Assembly (NCBI GenBank): GCA_050633305.1
Contig: JBOEGF010000007.1
Location: 1-64,000, forward strand
DNA from: Nannocystales bacterium
GTDB lineage: Bacteria; Myxococcota_A; Polyangia; Nannocystales; Nannocystaceae
Direction: 5' to 3'
Length of the DNA stretch: 64,000 nt
The notes beneath the pieces are model-generated. The model had not been told where the DNA came from and did no database searches. It saw only the letters and a list, made by a program, of their open reading frames with translations. Below, piece after piece: positions 47,994-57,144 of this stretch. Within the stretch, counting starts at the first letter, position 1. Each line of letters opens with the position of its first letter. The translations under genes were made by a program, and so were the position numbers.

Positions 47994-49208
47994 GTGAACG
48001 CCCCGCTCAAGCCAGGAGACCGCTACGAAGACTTCGAGCTGCGCAAGCTGCTCGGCGTTGGCACATTTGCGTGGGTCTACGAAGCGACCTCGAGCAAGTT
48101 CCCCGATCCCGTTGCGCTGAAAATCTCGCGTTCGCCGGTGACCGATGAGGGCACCGCCCTGCGTGCCCTTCGGGAGATCAGGATCCTCAGCTCGCTGTCG
48201 AATGCCCACGTGGTGCATGTCTACGATCACGGGTTGGGCCAGGACGAACGCTGGTTTCTCGTGATGGAGCTGCTCCAGGGTCGAGACCTGGGAGCCCACC
48301 ACGACTTCGATGCTCCTCTTCCGCCCGACGAAGCGGTGCGCATCATCTATCAGGCGTGCCTCGGACTCGACGAGGCACACCGCAGTGGAGTTGTTCATCG
48401 GGACGTGAAGCCGGGGAACATATGGATCCAAGAGGACGGCAACGTGAAGGTGCTGGACTTTGGCCTCGCCCGATCGTGGGAGGGCGACTCCATCATGGCT
48501 GCCAACGCGACGCAGTCCCACATGCTGGTCGGGACCCCGCACTACGCCCAGCCCGAGCAGGTGATCCACGGAAAACTGTCGCCAGCGAGCGACGTCTATA
48601 GCCTTGCGTTCGTTCTTTACGAGCTGCTGACCGGGTGCACGCCGCTGTGGGCGGAGCGTCCGGTCACCGCCATCCGGCGGGAGATGGAAGGAGAGCCGTT
48701 GACGTGGCTGGGTGCGCACACCGAACGCCCGGCGGTCGACCTGGCTCACTATCCTCAGGGGCGCGCGCTCACGCCCGAGCTGCGCGCGCTGATGGCCGCA
48801 TGTCTCGACAAGGACCCCGCCAAGCGACCTGCCACTGCAGGGGAGTTTGCAAACCGCCTGTCCTGGGCTCTGCCGCCGGAGTACGGAGGGGTGCGGGGCA
48901 CCCGTGGCGTGGTGCTCGAAGAACATCGAGGCGGGACGGCGTTTCCCAGGCGTCACCTGCTGGGTCCGGGCCTACACCGGATTGGCCTTGGCGCGTGCTG
49001 CAAGGTCGAGTTGGACGCCGATGCGGTCGGTTGGATCTTCGCGGCCCTTCGCTGGGACGGGGGCGACTCGACGCCGATTCTCGAGCCGCGGCGGAACGAT
49101 GGCTTCGTTCAAGTCGATGGCAAGTCGATCACCAGCCCGACACGCCTACGCCCCGGAGCTACGCTGACCTTCGGCGAGTGGGCGCTATCGTGTCAGGGCG
49201 TCGCCTGA
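47994..49208 (+). CDS. Cytoplasmic Ser/Thr kinase with a degenerate C-terminal FHA-like domain
   Basis: LGVGTFA, VALK, HRDVKPGN, DFG, GTPHYAQPE; C-terminal RIG...VQVDG.....LRPGATLTFG. Confidence 0.9.
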   Translation: MNAPLKPGDRYEDFELRKLLGVGTFAWVYEATSSKFPDPVALKISRSPVTDEGTALRALREIRILSSLSNAHVVHVYDHGLGQDERWFLVMELLQGRDLGAHHDFDAPLPPDEAVRIIYQACLGLDEAHRSGVVHRDVKPGNIWIQEDGNVKVLDFGLARSWEGDSIMAANATQSHMLVGTPHYAQPEQVIHGKLSPASDVYSLAFVLYELLTGCTPLWAERPVTAIRREMEGEPLTWLGAHTERPAVDLAHYPQGRALTPELRALMAACLDKDPAKRPATAGEFANRLSWALPPEYGGVRGTRGVVLEEHRGGTAFPRRHLLGPGLHRIGLGACCKVELDADAVGWIFAALRWDGGDSTPILEPRRNDGFVQVDGKSITSPTRLRPGATLTFGEWALSCQGVA

Positions 49209-49258
49209 GTGCATCGGAGTCGAGCGCCGCGGGCTGCACCCGGATCGGTCGCGGCGAC

Positions 49259-50704
49259 TCATGGATTCGCGCGACGGTTCGCCACCAACAGCAGCGCCAG
49301 CCCCAACGCCGTGCTTCCGAGAATCGCCCACGCGGCGGATACGGCCGGGTTCGGGAGCACTCCGCTCAGATGCAGGCTGAAGTGCAGCCCCAAGGCGAAG
49401 GAGGACGCGAGCGCGACGGGGACGACCGGGAGCGCGTCCCGTCGGAGCACGCCGAAGACCAAGGGCACGAACGAGGCCGCGGCGAGGCCATAGACGCCCT
49501 TCTGGGCGAAGAGGCCGATCAAGGCCGGCGGATCGATCGCGAGCATGAACGCGATGAGGCCGATGATGACCACAGCCCACCGCGACGCCGCGAGTGCCTT
49601 CTGGGGGTCGGCGTCACGTCTGCGTCCTCGGAGGTACAAGTCATGGGTCACCATGGCCGAGACCGCGACCAAGATGCCGTCGAGTGTCGACATGCCCGCG
49701 GCGAGCAACGCGACGAACACCGCTGAGGTCAGGCCCTCGGCCAGCATCCCGCTGCCGAAGGCCGTGCTCACGTATGCGGTCACAATGTGGTCCTGACCAC
49801 CCTGCGGGACTTCGATCCCATCGAGCCGAGCGTAGAAGCCGACGAACAGGCACAGGCTAAACAGTGCTCCGACGCCAAACGTCGTGAGCAGGAACGTGCG
49901 CAAGTCCCTGTCCGAGCGCAGGTAGAGGACCTTGGTAAGGACATGGGGCTGGAGCATCAGCGCGAACGTGACCACGAAGCCGCTGACGAACACGGCGAAC
50001 ACGTCGCCATACAAGACGCTGTCGGGGTTGGCCACGGCGGCATAGCTGGGGTCGACGGCTCGCAGGCGGGAGAGGAAGCCGCCGTCCGAGATGTGCTCCC
50101 ACCCAGTGGCAAACAGGGCCACCGCGACAGCCATCATGAGGAACGCCTGGGCCGCATTGGTATAAGCGTGGGCGTAGGTGCCGCCCAACAACACGTACCC
50201 GAACACGACGACCACCACGGCGATCAGCGCAGGTACATGGCCCAACCCGGTGAGCTGCGTGAGGAGGATGGCGCAGCCGAACAGAATCAGCACGATGAAG
50301 GCGATGCTCAGCAGGTTGATGATCGCGAAGAACAGTCCGAACGCATCGCTGCCGTATCGTTGGCGAATCCAGTCTGGAATCGTCAGGGCGCCGATCTCAT
50401 CTCCGAACCGGCGGAAACCTCTGCTCACCGCGATCAAGCCGACGATCACCCCCGCTTGGGCAGCGACGCCATAGTGGAGGAACGCGGAGAGCCCGTCGGT
50501 GTAGACGAACCCCGGGTTGATGACGAAGGTCGCGGTGGAGGCGATCGATGAGGCCATGGCAACCCCGACGAGCACGGGGTTCATGTCGCGGTTGCCCACG
50601 GCGAAGCTCGACAAGGACGTTGTCTTCTTCATGCCCGCGACCCCAAGCCACGCGAGCAGTCCGAGGTACGCCACGAGGAGAACGGTGGTGACGAGGGTGC
50701 TCAT
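49259..50704 (-). CDS. Sodium:solute symporter family protein
   Basis: ASTATFVINPGFVY, TIPDWI..RY, QPH, AAGMSTLDG; about 13 TM helices. Confidence 0.92.
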   Translation of the reverse strand: MSTLVTTVLLVAYLGLLAWLGVAGMKKTTSLSSFAVGNRDMNPVLVGVAMASSIASTATFVINPGFVYTDGLSAFLHYGVAAQAGVIVGLIAVSRGFRRFGDEIGALTIPDWIRQRYGSDAFGLFFAIINLLSIAFIVLILFGCAILLTQLTGLGHVPALIAVVVVVFGYVLLGGTYAHAYTNAAQAFLMMAVAVALFATGWEHISDGGFLSRLRAVDPSYAAVANPDSVLYGDVFAVFVSGFVVTFALMLQPHVLTKVLYLRSDRDLRTFLLTTFGVGALFSLCLFVGFYARLDGIEVPQGGQDHIVTAYVSTAFGSGMLAEGLTSAVFVALLAAGMSTLDGILVAVSAMVTHDLYLRGRRRDADPQKALAASRWAVVIIGLIAFMLAIDPPALIGLFAQKGVYGLAAASFVPLVFGVLRRDALPVVPVALASSFALGLHFSLHLSGVLPNPAVSAAWAILGSTALGLALLLVANRRANP

Positions 50705-50706
50705 GG

Positions 50707-51609
50707 TCAGGCTCCAATCGGCGCGGCGGTTGTGCTGGGCAGGACTCGGTCGATGAACTCCAACACCGTGGTGTTCCAGGCGTCCGCGGCCTCGAACTGG
50801 GCGATGTGCCCTGCGTTTCGCAACACGGCCAGCTCGGTGTCAGGCATGCGAGGTAGCTCTGCGCGCACCAGTTCGGCCGCGGTGCCTCGGTGAAGCACGG
50901 GGTTGGGGATCAGCTTGTCGTCGTCCCCGAACAGGATCAGGGTCGGCGCCCCGAGGCGGCCGAGGTCGGCATGAACGGGCTCGTTGAGCATGCCGCGAAC
51001 GCTGTGCTTGATGACGTGGCAGTAGGCTCGGAACTTGCGAGCACTTCGAATCGCGATGCGGTCCGCCACGAGAAAACCCGCGTCGTCGGGCATGTTGTGA
51101 AAGTTCGCCTCCTGTCGGGCCCGGATCGTCGACTTCGTGGCGTAGCGTGTGAATCCAGGCGTGACCAGGGAGGCGATGAACGCGGACTCCGCAGGCCCGA
51201 ACGTCTCGATCCCGGCGGGGGAGGAGAGGACCAGCGCCGAGACACGCTCGGGCGCCTGGAGGGCGAGGTGCATGCTCACCTGGGCGCCCATCGAATGTCC
51301 GACGAGGATGGCTTGGGGGACTTGAAGCTTGTCCAGCAGTCCGCGGACCGTGTCGGCGAAGAACCGCATCGAGTAGCTCGCGCGTGGCTTGTCCGACTTT
51401 CCGTACCCCGGAAGGTCGAGTGCGATCACGCGGTGTCGCTGTGCCAACACCTCGATGTTCTTGCCCCACATCGGGATGTAGCCGCTGAGCCCATGAATGA
51501 GCACCAGTGGCACATCGCCGCTGCCCTCGTCGGCGTACGCGATCCGTAGGCCGTGGACGTCGGCCCATGCGACGTCGAGAGGGTAGTGGAGGTCCAGGAA
51601 CGATTGCAT
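50707..51609 (-). CDS. Alpha/beta-fold hydrolase
   Basis: LIHGL, DLPGYGKS, GHSMG, D.LIP, AGH. Confidence 0.93.
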   Translation of the reverse strand: MQSFLDLHYPLDVAWADVHGLRIAYADEGSGDVPLVLIHGLSGYIPMWGKNIEVLAQRHRVIALDLPGYGKSDKPRASYSMRFFADTVRGLLDKLQVPQAILVGHSMGAQVSMHLALQAPERVSALVLSSPAGIETFGPAESAFIASLVTPGFTRYATKSTIRARQEANFHNMPDDAGFLVADRIAIRSARKFRAYCHVIKHSVRGMLNEPVHADLGRLGAPTLILFGDDDKLIPNPVLHRGTAAELVRAELPRMPDTELAVLRNAGHIAQFEAADAWNTTVLEFIDRVLPSTTAAPIGA

Positions 51610-51626
51610 GGGTCAGATCCTCGGAC

Positions 51627-52682
51627 TCAGATGCGGCGTTTCGTGACAGGGAGGACCGTGGGGGCTGTGTTCCAACGCCAGGCCGTGCAGCCCATCGAAA
51701 GCCCGCCTCCGGTGGCGCAGAACACGACGAGCGCATCATCGTCCAACGGCGTTTTCGCAATCGCGTCGTCGAAGGCCGCGGGGATACAGGCGCTGCCGAG
51801 GTACCCCCACTTGTCCATCACCATGTGCGTTCGATCCATCGGGACATGCAGACGGTCCATCACGGTTTCGATCGTACGCGCGTTGAGTTGTGTGAAGATG
51901 AACAGCGAGACGTCCTCGACCGCACTTCCGGACTTCGCGAGCGTGTCGGCGATCAGTGTGGGCCAGCGATCCGCGTTGAACGTCGCCGGAAATTTTCGGA
52001 CGAAGCGGACAGTGGGTGGACCGGACTGGGCGACGTTGGTTGCGGTTGCGGGGCGTGCGGTGCCGCCGGTGTAGATGCCCAATGCGTCGTGGAACTGACC
52101 GTCGGCTTCGAGCTTGCCTCCGAGGTACCCGGGCTCCTGAGTCGCGCCCACCACGACGGCGCCCGCTCCATCGGCGAACAACGTCGCGGTCTTCTTGTCG
52201 TCCCAGTCGAGGTACCGCGTCATCCCGTATCCGCCGCACACGAGCACTCGGTTGATGTCGGTGTCGGTGGCGATGTAACGCGCGGCGATGTCGAGGGCGC
52301 TGACCCACCCCGCACAGGCGGCATTCACGTCGAAGACCCCAGCGTTCGGAGCTCCGAGTTTGTGCTGAACCACGGAGGCCGTCGAGGGGCTGAGGTAGTC
52401 CGGGGTGTCCGTCGCGACAATGATCAGATCGAGGTCGGTGGCGGAAACGTCGGCCCGTTCGAGCGCTTGCTTTGCAGCGTGGACAACTAAGTCTGAGGTC
52501 ACCTCGTCGTGCGCCATCACGTGGCGGGACTCGATTCCGACGTTTTGGACGAGCCAGTCGCTGACGGGTTTTTCGAAACGAGCGTCGAAGTAGGCGTTGT
52601 CGATACGCCGGGCTGGGATGTACCGCCCACTGCTGAGGATCTGCGCGTTGCGTCCAAACATGACGAGTGGTTCATGTTTCAT
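51627..52682 (-). CDS. 3-oxoacyl-ACP synthase III (FabH-like)
   Basis: GIESRH, VATDTPDY.SP.TA, DVNAACAG, LFADGAGA. FTQLN and WGYLGSA stand where FabH has PHQAN and GNTSAA. The start may be 52661. Confidence 0.9.
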   Translation of the reverse strand: MKHEPLVMFGRNAQILSSGRYIPARRIDNAYFDARFEKPVSDWLVQNVGIESRHVMAHDEVTSDLVVHAAKQALERADVSATDLDLIIVATDTPDYLSPSTASVVQHKLGAPNAGVFDVNAACAGWVSALDIAARYIATDTDINRVLVCGGYGMTRYLDWDDKKTATLFADGAGAVVVGATQEPGYLGGKLEADGQFHDALGIYTGGTARPATATNVAQSGPPTVRFVRKFPATFNADRWPTLIADTLAKSGSAVEDVSLFIFTQLNARTIETVMDRLHVPMDRTHMVMDKWGYLGSACIPAAFDDAIAKTPLDDDALVVFCATGGGLSMGCTAWRWNTAPTVLPVTKRRI

Positions 52683-52685
52683 ATA

Positions 52686-52806
52686 TGTTGCATCGCAGCA
52701 AGCCATTTCCTCGAACTCCGCACATCAGCAGCCGGACCACGAGTTCTTTCGAGATCTGGATGCCCGCTGTGTTGCGCTGCAGCAGGTCTATTGCCGTGCT
52801 GCAGCG
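52686..52806. promoter_or_regulatory. Repeated TGYTGC-N3-GCAGCA boxes (PhaR-like operator candidates)
   Basis: TGTTGCATCGCAGCA (52686-52700), TGTTGCGCTGCAGCA (52770-52784) and a weaker TGCCGTGCTGCAGCG (52792-52806). Confidence 0.6.
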
Positions 52807-53882
52807 ACGAGCAGTCGGTGGAAGTGGTGCACACCGCGCTCGTGCTCGGGGGCGTACCGACCGCTTCCGTAGGCCCGGCTGCGCACACCACGCGCACAGG
52901 CTTCGACCACGGCTTCGTCCTCGTACTCGACCTGGTCGAGTCCCGTGCCGACCCCTGTATCTGAAGCGTCCGGATCCCAGACGTATCGCCGGTACACCAC
53001 CTTGGTTCGGTGCGGGCCTCGAGGAAGCACGACGTTGACGGAGAGTCCCCAGGGGTAGACGTTGAGCATCGTGCCGGGGAACAGCCAGACGTAGTACGCC
53101 GCCACGCGCAGTCCATGGTCGGGGTGAGACTTGGGCAGGTCGAAGCACGGCTCGCCAGGTTGGGCCGAGGCGAGCTGTACAGAACCGTGGGCGAAGAGGT
53201 CGGTGCGGTAGAGCTTCCAATCGAGCGCCGCGTTGAGTCCGGGGTGCACGTAGGGGATGTGAAAGCCCTCGAGGTAGTTGTCGCAGTACAGCGCCCAGTT
53301 GGCGTTCATCTCGTAGTGGGGGCTTCGGGCCGCATCGAGGGTCATGACGTTGGGGACGACCGCTTCGAGGCGGTCGCGAACGGGGCCGAACAAGGTATCG
53401 AAAGAGACGTTCGGGTCCAGGCTGGCGAACAGCAGGCTCCTCCACCGATGGACGGTCGCGGCGCGAAGGCTGTCCGTCGGTTCCGGGAAGCTCGGGCTGT
53501 TCTCGAAGCCGGGGGCTGAGTGCAGCGCGCCGTTGAGCTCGAAGCGGCGTCCATGATAACGACAGCGAATCCCGGTCGCCGTACACGGTCGGTCGACCAT
53601 GACGAACCCCCGGTGCGTGCAGACGTTGGACACGCATCGCAGGGTGTCGCCGTCGTGGGTCAGCAGCAGCGGCTCATCCAGGGTTCCGGGCAAGAGCGTC
53701 CAGGGCACCTGCTCACCCTCCGCGGACGGGACGGTGTCCAGAGGGTACACGTGCCAGGTGCGCGGGAAGACGCGTTGCTGCAGTCGGGCGAACCAGTCTC
53801 CATCACCGTAGACCCAGCCTGGAAGTGTGCGCGCCCGCTCGATCTGGGCGTCGATCTTCAGCGCATCGAGGTCGTGGACCAT
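52788..53882 (-). CDS. Rieske non-heme iron oxygenase alpha subunit (choline monooxygenase-like)
   Basis: NVCTHRG, CRYHG, NW..Y.DNYLEGFHIPYVH, ED..V.E. Confidence 0.92.
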   Translation of the reverse strand: MVHDLDALKIDAQIERARTLPGWVYGDGDWFARLQQRVFPRTWHVYPLDTVPSAEGEQVPWTLLPGTLDEPLLLTHDGDTLRCVSNVCTHRGFVMVDRPCTATGIRCRYHGRRFELNGALHSAPGFENSPSFPEPTDSLRAATVHRWRSLLFASLDPNVSFDTLFGPVRDRLEAVVPNVMTLDAARSPHYEMNANWALYCDNYLEGFHIPYVHPGLNAALDWKLYRTDLFAHGSVQLASAQPGEPCFDLPKSHPDHGLRVAAYYVWLFPGTMLNVYPWGLSVNVVLPRGPHRTKVVYRRYVWDPDASDTGVGTGLDQVEYEDEAVVEACARGVRSRAYGSGRYAPEHERGVHHFHRLLVAAARQ

Positions 53883-53996
53883 GGACACGACGTACCACGG
53901 GTCGTCTGGCCGCGACGGCACCAGGCACCAGGGGTGCTGGATGCTGGCCGCCTTCGTCAGCGCGGGACGCTCTCGACGCTGGAGGCGTCGGGCCGT

Positions 53997-56111
53997 TCAG
54001 CGGGTTCGGGTCTCGCCGGGAAGCGGCTGCGAGAGCAGCAACTCCATCACCTCGTCGGACAGCGGCGTCACCGAGCCGCTGAACTTCCCCTCCGGAGGCG
54101 GCAGCAGGCGCAGGGGATAGCGCAGCCGGTAGATTTGACGATCTGCGACGCCCGCCGGCGCGTCCAGCCTCCACGCAGCGTCGGTGAGGCAGGTGTCGAG
54201 CTTGGGGTCTTTGCCGTCGAGCGTGCGCTCGGCAACCCGCGCCATCATGACCTCGCCTTTACCGACTTCGATCTCGAGGACGACGCGTCCGCTGAGCTCT
54301 GGCTCGCGGGTGAGGGCGTCATTGTAACAAGCCCGGGCGCGCGGGAGGACACGGGTGGTCAAGTAGTGTCGGAACACCTTCTGGTCCAGGAAACCGCGTT
54401 TCTTGTTTCGGCCGAATCGCCCCGCTTGAGCGATGCTGGCTCTTGCCTCCCGGTCCCACCGAGCGGTGTACCAAGGAGGTGCTGAGAATCCCTCGCGGAC
54501 CGCTTCGTCCAGCGGGGACCGACTCGTGGCAACGAAGGCATCGGCAGGATGAGGGGTCTGCGTGGGCTTGATCTTTCGGGTGACCTGCTTGGGTCCGAGG
54601 GTGCCGTTGACCCGAATCGACTTGGGGGCTGCGTCGAGGTAACGGCCGCGCAGCATCACGAAGCTTCCGGCTACGAGTCCCTCGGGGACAGGGTCCTCGA
54701 GCGTGACGCCGGGTGGCAGCTCCACGGCCAGGTTCCCCAGGACTCTCGGTGTGTTCAGAAGCTCGCCGGCCTGAGACCCATCAAGCTGAGCGATGCTCTC
54801 CAAGGAAATTCGTGCCCCCATCTTCGCTGCGACGCGCGCGGCGGGGTGTGTGGGGTGGAGGCCCGAGCGCTGCAGCATCGGCTCGTCGACGACGAAGACG
54901 ACCTCCGGTCGGTCCTTCCTGCCACCCAAGGCGACCTCGAACCCACGAGCGACCGCGTCGGGCGAAATGCTCGAGGGGAACATGCCGTCGGTCGCGACGA
55001 CGACGAGCGTTTGCCCCCGGCCTTCTCGGGAGCGGCGCGCGGCCTCGGACATCGCAGCCTCGAGGTCGGTCCCCTGGTCGCGAGGGACCGCAAGGAGGGC
55101 ATCGTGCAGCGCGGTACGGTCCTTGGGGGAGCCGGCACGGGGGAACGAGCTGCGCTCGGGGAACAGGGGGGTGACGGTTCGGTTGAATGCGAGCGCGTCG
55201 AACGTCGTGTTGGCCGGGAGCGTGTCGAGCAAGCCGTTGGCCATGCCCAGGACGTCTCGGTCGTGAGCCTTTGCGGTGCTCTTGGAGCGGTCCACGACGA
55301 AGAGCACATGCTTCGGCTGTGGAGCGGCGTCTTTTCCAAGCCGGAGGTACATCCGGATCGAGCCGTCATCGAATCCTGGTGCGCCAGGCTCGGTCTCGAC
55401 GTTGACCTCGAGCGCATCGGTGGAGCGGAGCTGCGAGGGCCACGACACCGTGACCGTGTCCGCGGCTCGGCTCGAGATCGCCGGTCGGCCCTCGTTGGAC
55501 TCTTCGTCGACGGTGAAGCCTTCTCCGCTCTTCAGGCCGCGGACGAGCACGCGTCGCTCGTCCGCCAACGAGAGTGACCCGACCCCGCGCGCGGGAAGGT
55601 CGAGCTCCCATGCGTCGCCGCGGAGTCGCGGGTAGACGCGGACGGAGATCTCCACTTGGAGGGTTTCGTCGGCTGCGAGGCCGTATGCGACGAGCTCCGC
55701 GCCCGGGTTGTCCCGGCGGTTGCGCGGGCTGATTCGGCGGACAAACACGCTGCCCGGCGCCCGTCGCGAGCGCTCCGCGGCCACGGTTGTGCCTGCGCCG
55801 TCCTGCCAGGCACCATCCTTCATCACCCGGACCCCTTCGACCTCGGAGACGAAGGGCAGCCCGATCGCGTGAACCACATCGCGCATGGACAGGCTGCTGT
55901 TGTGGAGCGCGGTGCGCAGCTTGAGGGTGGCGGAGTAGCCGCTGTCGGCCTCGACAATGGCCTCGAACGACAGCTCTTCCACGGCGACGTACCCACGCTC
56001 GCCCTCCCGCTGCTCTGCGCGCAGTTTGTCGGCGTGTGCTTGGGGCGCCGCGAACAGGGCCCAGACGCCCAGCGTCAATCCTGCCCATGCCCCACCCCGA
56101 CCACCGAACAC
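53997..56111 (-). CDS. Secreted VIT/VWA-like protein with a C-terminal AgmX/PglI (TonB-C-like) domain
   Basis: Signal ending AHA; FVVDRSKS, GTDL, VATDG; RACYNDALTREPELSGRVVL...C. Start uncertain. Confidence 0.8.
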   Translation of the reverse strand: MFGGRGGAWAGLTLGVWALFAAPQAHADKLRAEQREGERGYVAVEELSFEAIVEADSGYSATLKLRTALHNSSLSMRDVVHAIGLPFVSEVEGVRVMKDGAWQDGAGTTVAAERSRRAPGSVFVRRISPRNRRDNPGAELVAYGLAADETLQVEISVRVYPRLRGDAWELDLPARGVGSLSLADERRVLVRGLKSGEGFTVDEESNEGRPAISSRAADTVTVSWPSQLRSTDALEVNVETEPGAPGFDDGSIRMYLRLGKDAAPQPKHVLFVVDRSKSTAKAHDRDVLGMANGLLDTLPANTTFDALAFNRTVTPLFPERSSFPRAGSPKDRTALHDALLAVPRDQGTDLEAAMSEAARRSREGRGQTLVVVATDGMFPSSISPDAVARGFEVALGGRKDRPEVVFVVDEPMLQRSGLHPTHPAARVAAKMGARISLESIAQLDGSQAGELLNTPRVLGNLAVELPPGVTLEDPVPEGLVAGSFVMLRGRYLDAAPKSIRVNGTLGPKQVTRKIKPTQTPHPADAFVATSRSPLDEAVREGFSAPPWYTARWDREARASIAQAGRFGRNKKRGFLDQKVFRHYLTTRVLPRARACYNDALTREPELSGRVVLEIEVGKGEVMMARVAERTLDGKDPKLDTCLTDAAWRLDAPAGVADRQIYRLRYPLRLLPPPEGKFSGSVTPLSDEVMELLLSQPLPGETRTR

Positions 56112-56280
56112 GGTTTCAAGCGTAGCAGGCTGTTGCCGCTGCAGCTTGCGCTGAGCGGGATCGGGACGGGTTCCAGCACTGCGGCGGCGGTCGCGGGCAA
56201 GCGGCACGATCGTTGGACGGCTGCGTCCCGAAAAAGTTCCCACCCTGGCGTCGGACACGCCTCGGTGGCGGATCGACGGC

Positions 56281-57144
56281 TCAGCCCGCGGCCCCGGAAG
56301 GCTTGGTGCAAACCACGGTTTGTGACTCGCTCGCGGCATCGAGCGCGCGGCCCCGGAAGTCACCTTCGTGGCGCGTCACCTCAAAGCCCGCGACGCCGGC
56401 CAGGGCGCGAATCTCCTCGGGGTAGATCTGTCGGTGCGCGAGACGGACGAGGCGCTTGGGCTTGGGCGGCGGCTGGAAACGCCGGCCTTTGGGTGGCGGC
56501 TCGTCGTAGTACAGGCAGATATGACAGATCTGCGTCGCGTGGTCGTACCGATGGTTGGTCGAGTAGATCTCGACCTCGCCGGTCTCTGGGTGCGTGAACC
56601 GGGTTGCCGCGTGACGTTCGTCGGGGTCCCACAACAGCCACTCGATGTCCGGAAGTTGAACATCGAACGCGAACTTGCCGCTTGGAGCGAGCACGCGGAA
56701 CGCCTCCTCGAAACACGTCAAGAGGTCTCGCCACGTGTACAGGTGCATCAGCGCGTTGAAGGGCGCGATGACGAGTTCGACCGAACTGTCCTGTAAGGGC
56801 AGGTCGCGCATGTCAGCCTCGTGGACCGAGACGCGGTCCGCCAGGTCTGCTTCGTCCATCCGAGCCCGGAGCCCCTGAAGCATCGAGGGCATGAGGTCCA
56901 CCGCTTCGAGCTGGTGACCGTCGCGCGCCAGCGGGCATGTAATGCGCCCCGTCCCCGCGCCGAGCTCCGCGATGTGCCCTCCCTCGCCGAGATGCTCCCG
57001 TGCGAGCTTGCGATACCAACGGATGTCGTCGGTTCGTTCGCCGTACTCGAAGTCGTACAGCGCCGCGTCGATGTAGTGGTCCGTCGTGCCGCGCTTCAGC
57101 AGCCGCTCGAGGGCTGCCTGGCGTTTTTCGGCCCGGGTCGTCAT
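56281..57144 (-). CDS. Class I SAM-dependent methyltransferase
   Basis: ELGAGTGR, VDL...ML, ADMRD, PFNAL.HL. ATGA overlap with pcnB. Confidence 0.92.
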   Translation of the reverse strand: MTTRAEKRQAALERLLKRGTTDHYIDAALYDFEYGERTDDIRWYRKLAREHLGEGGHIAELGAGTGRITCPLARDGHQLEAVDLMPSMLQGLRARMDEADLADRVSVHEADMRDLPLQDSSVELVIAPFNALMHLYTWRDLLTCFEEAFRVLAPSGKFAFDVQLPDIEWLLWDPDERHAATRFTHPETGEVEIYSTNHRYDHATQICHICLYYDEPPPKGRRFQPPPKPKRLVRLAHRQIYPEEIRALAGVAGFEVTRHEGDFRGRALDAASESQTVVCTKPSGAAG

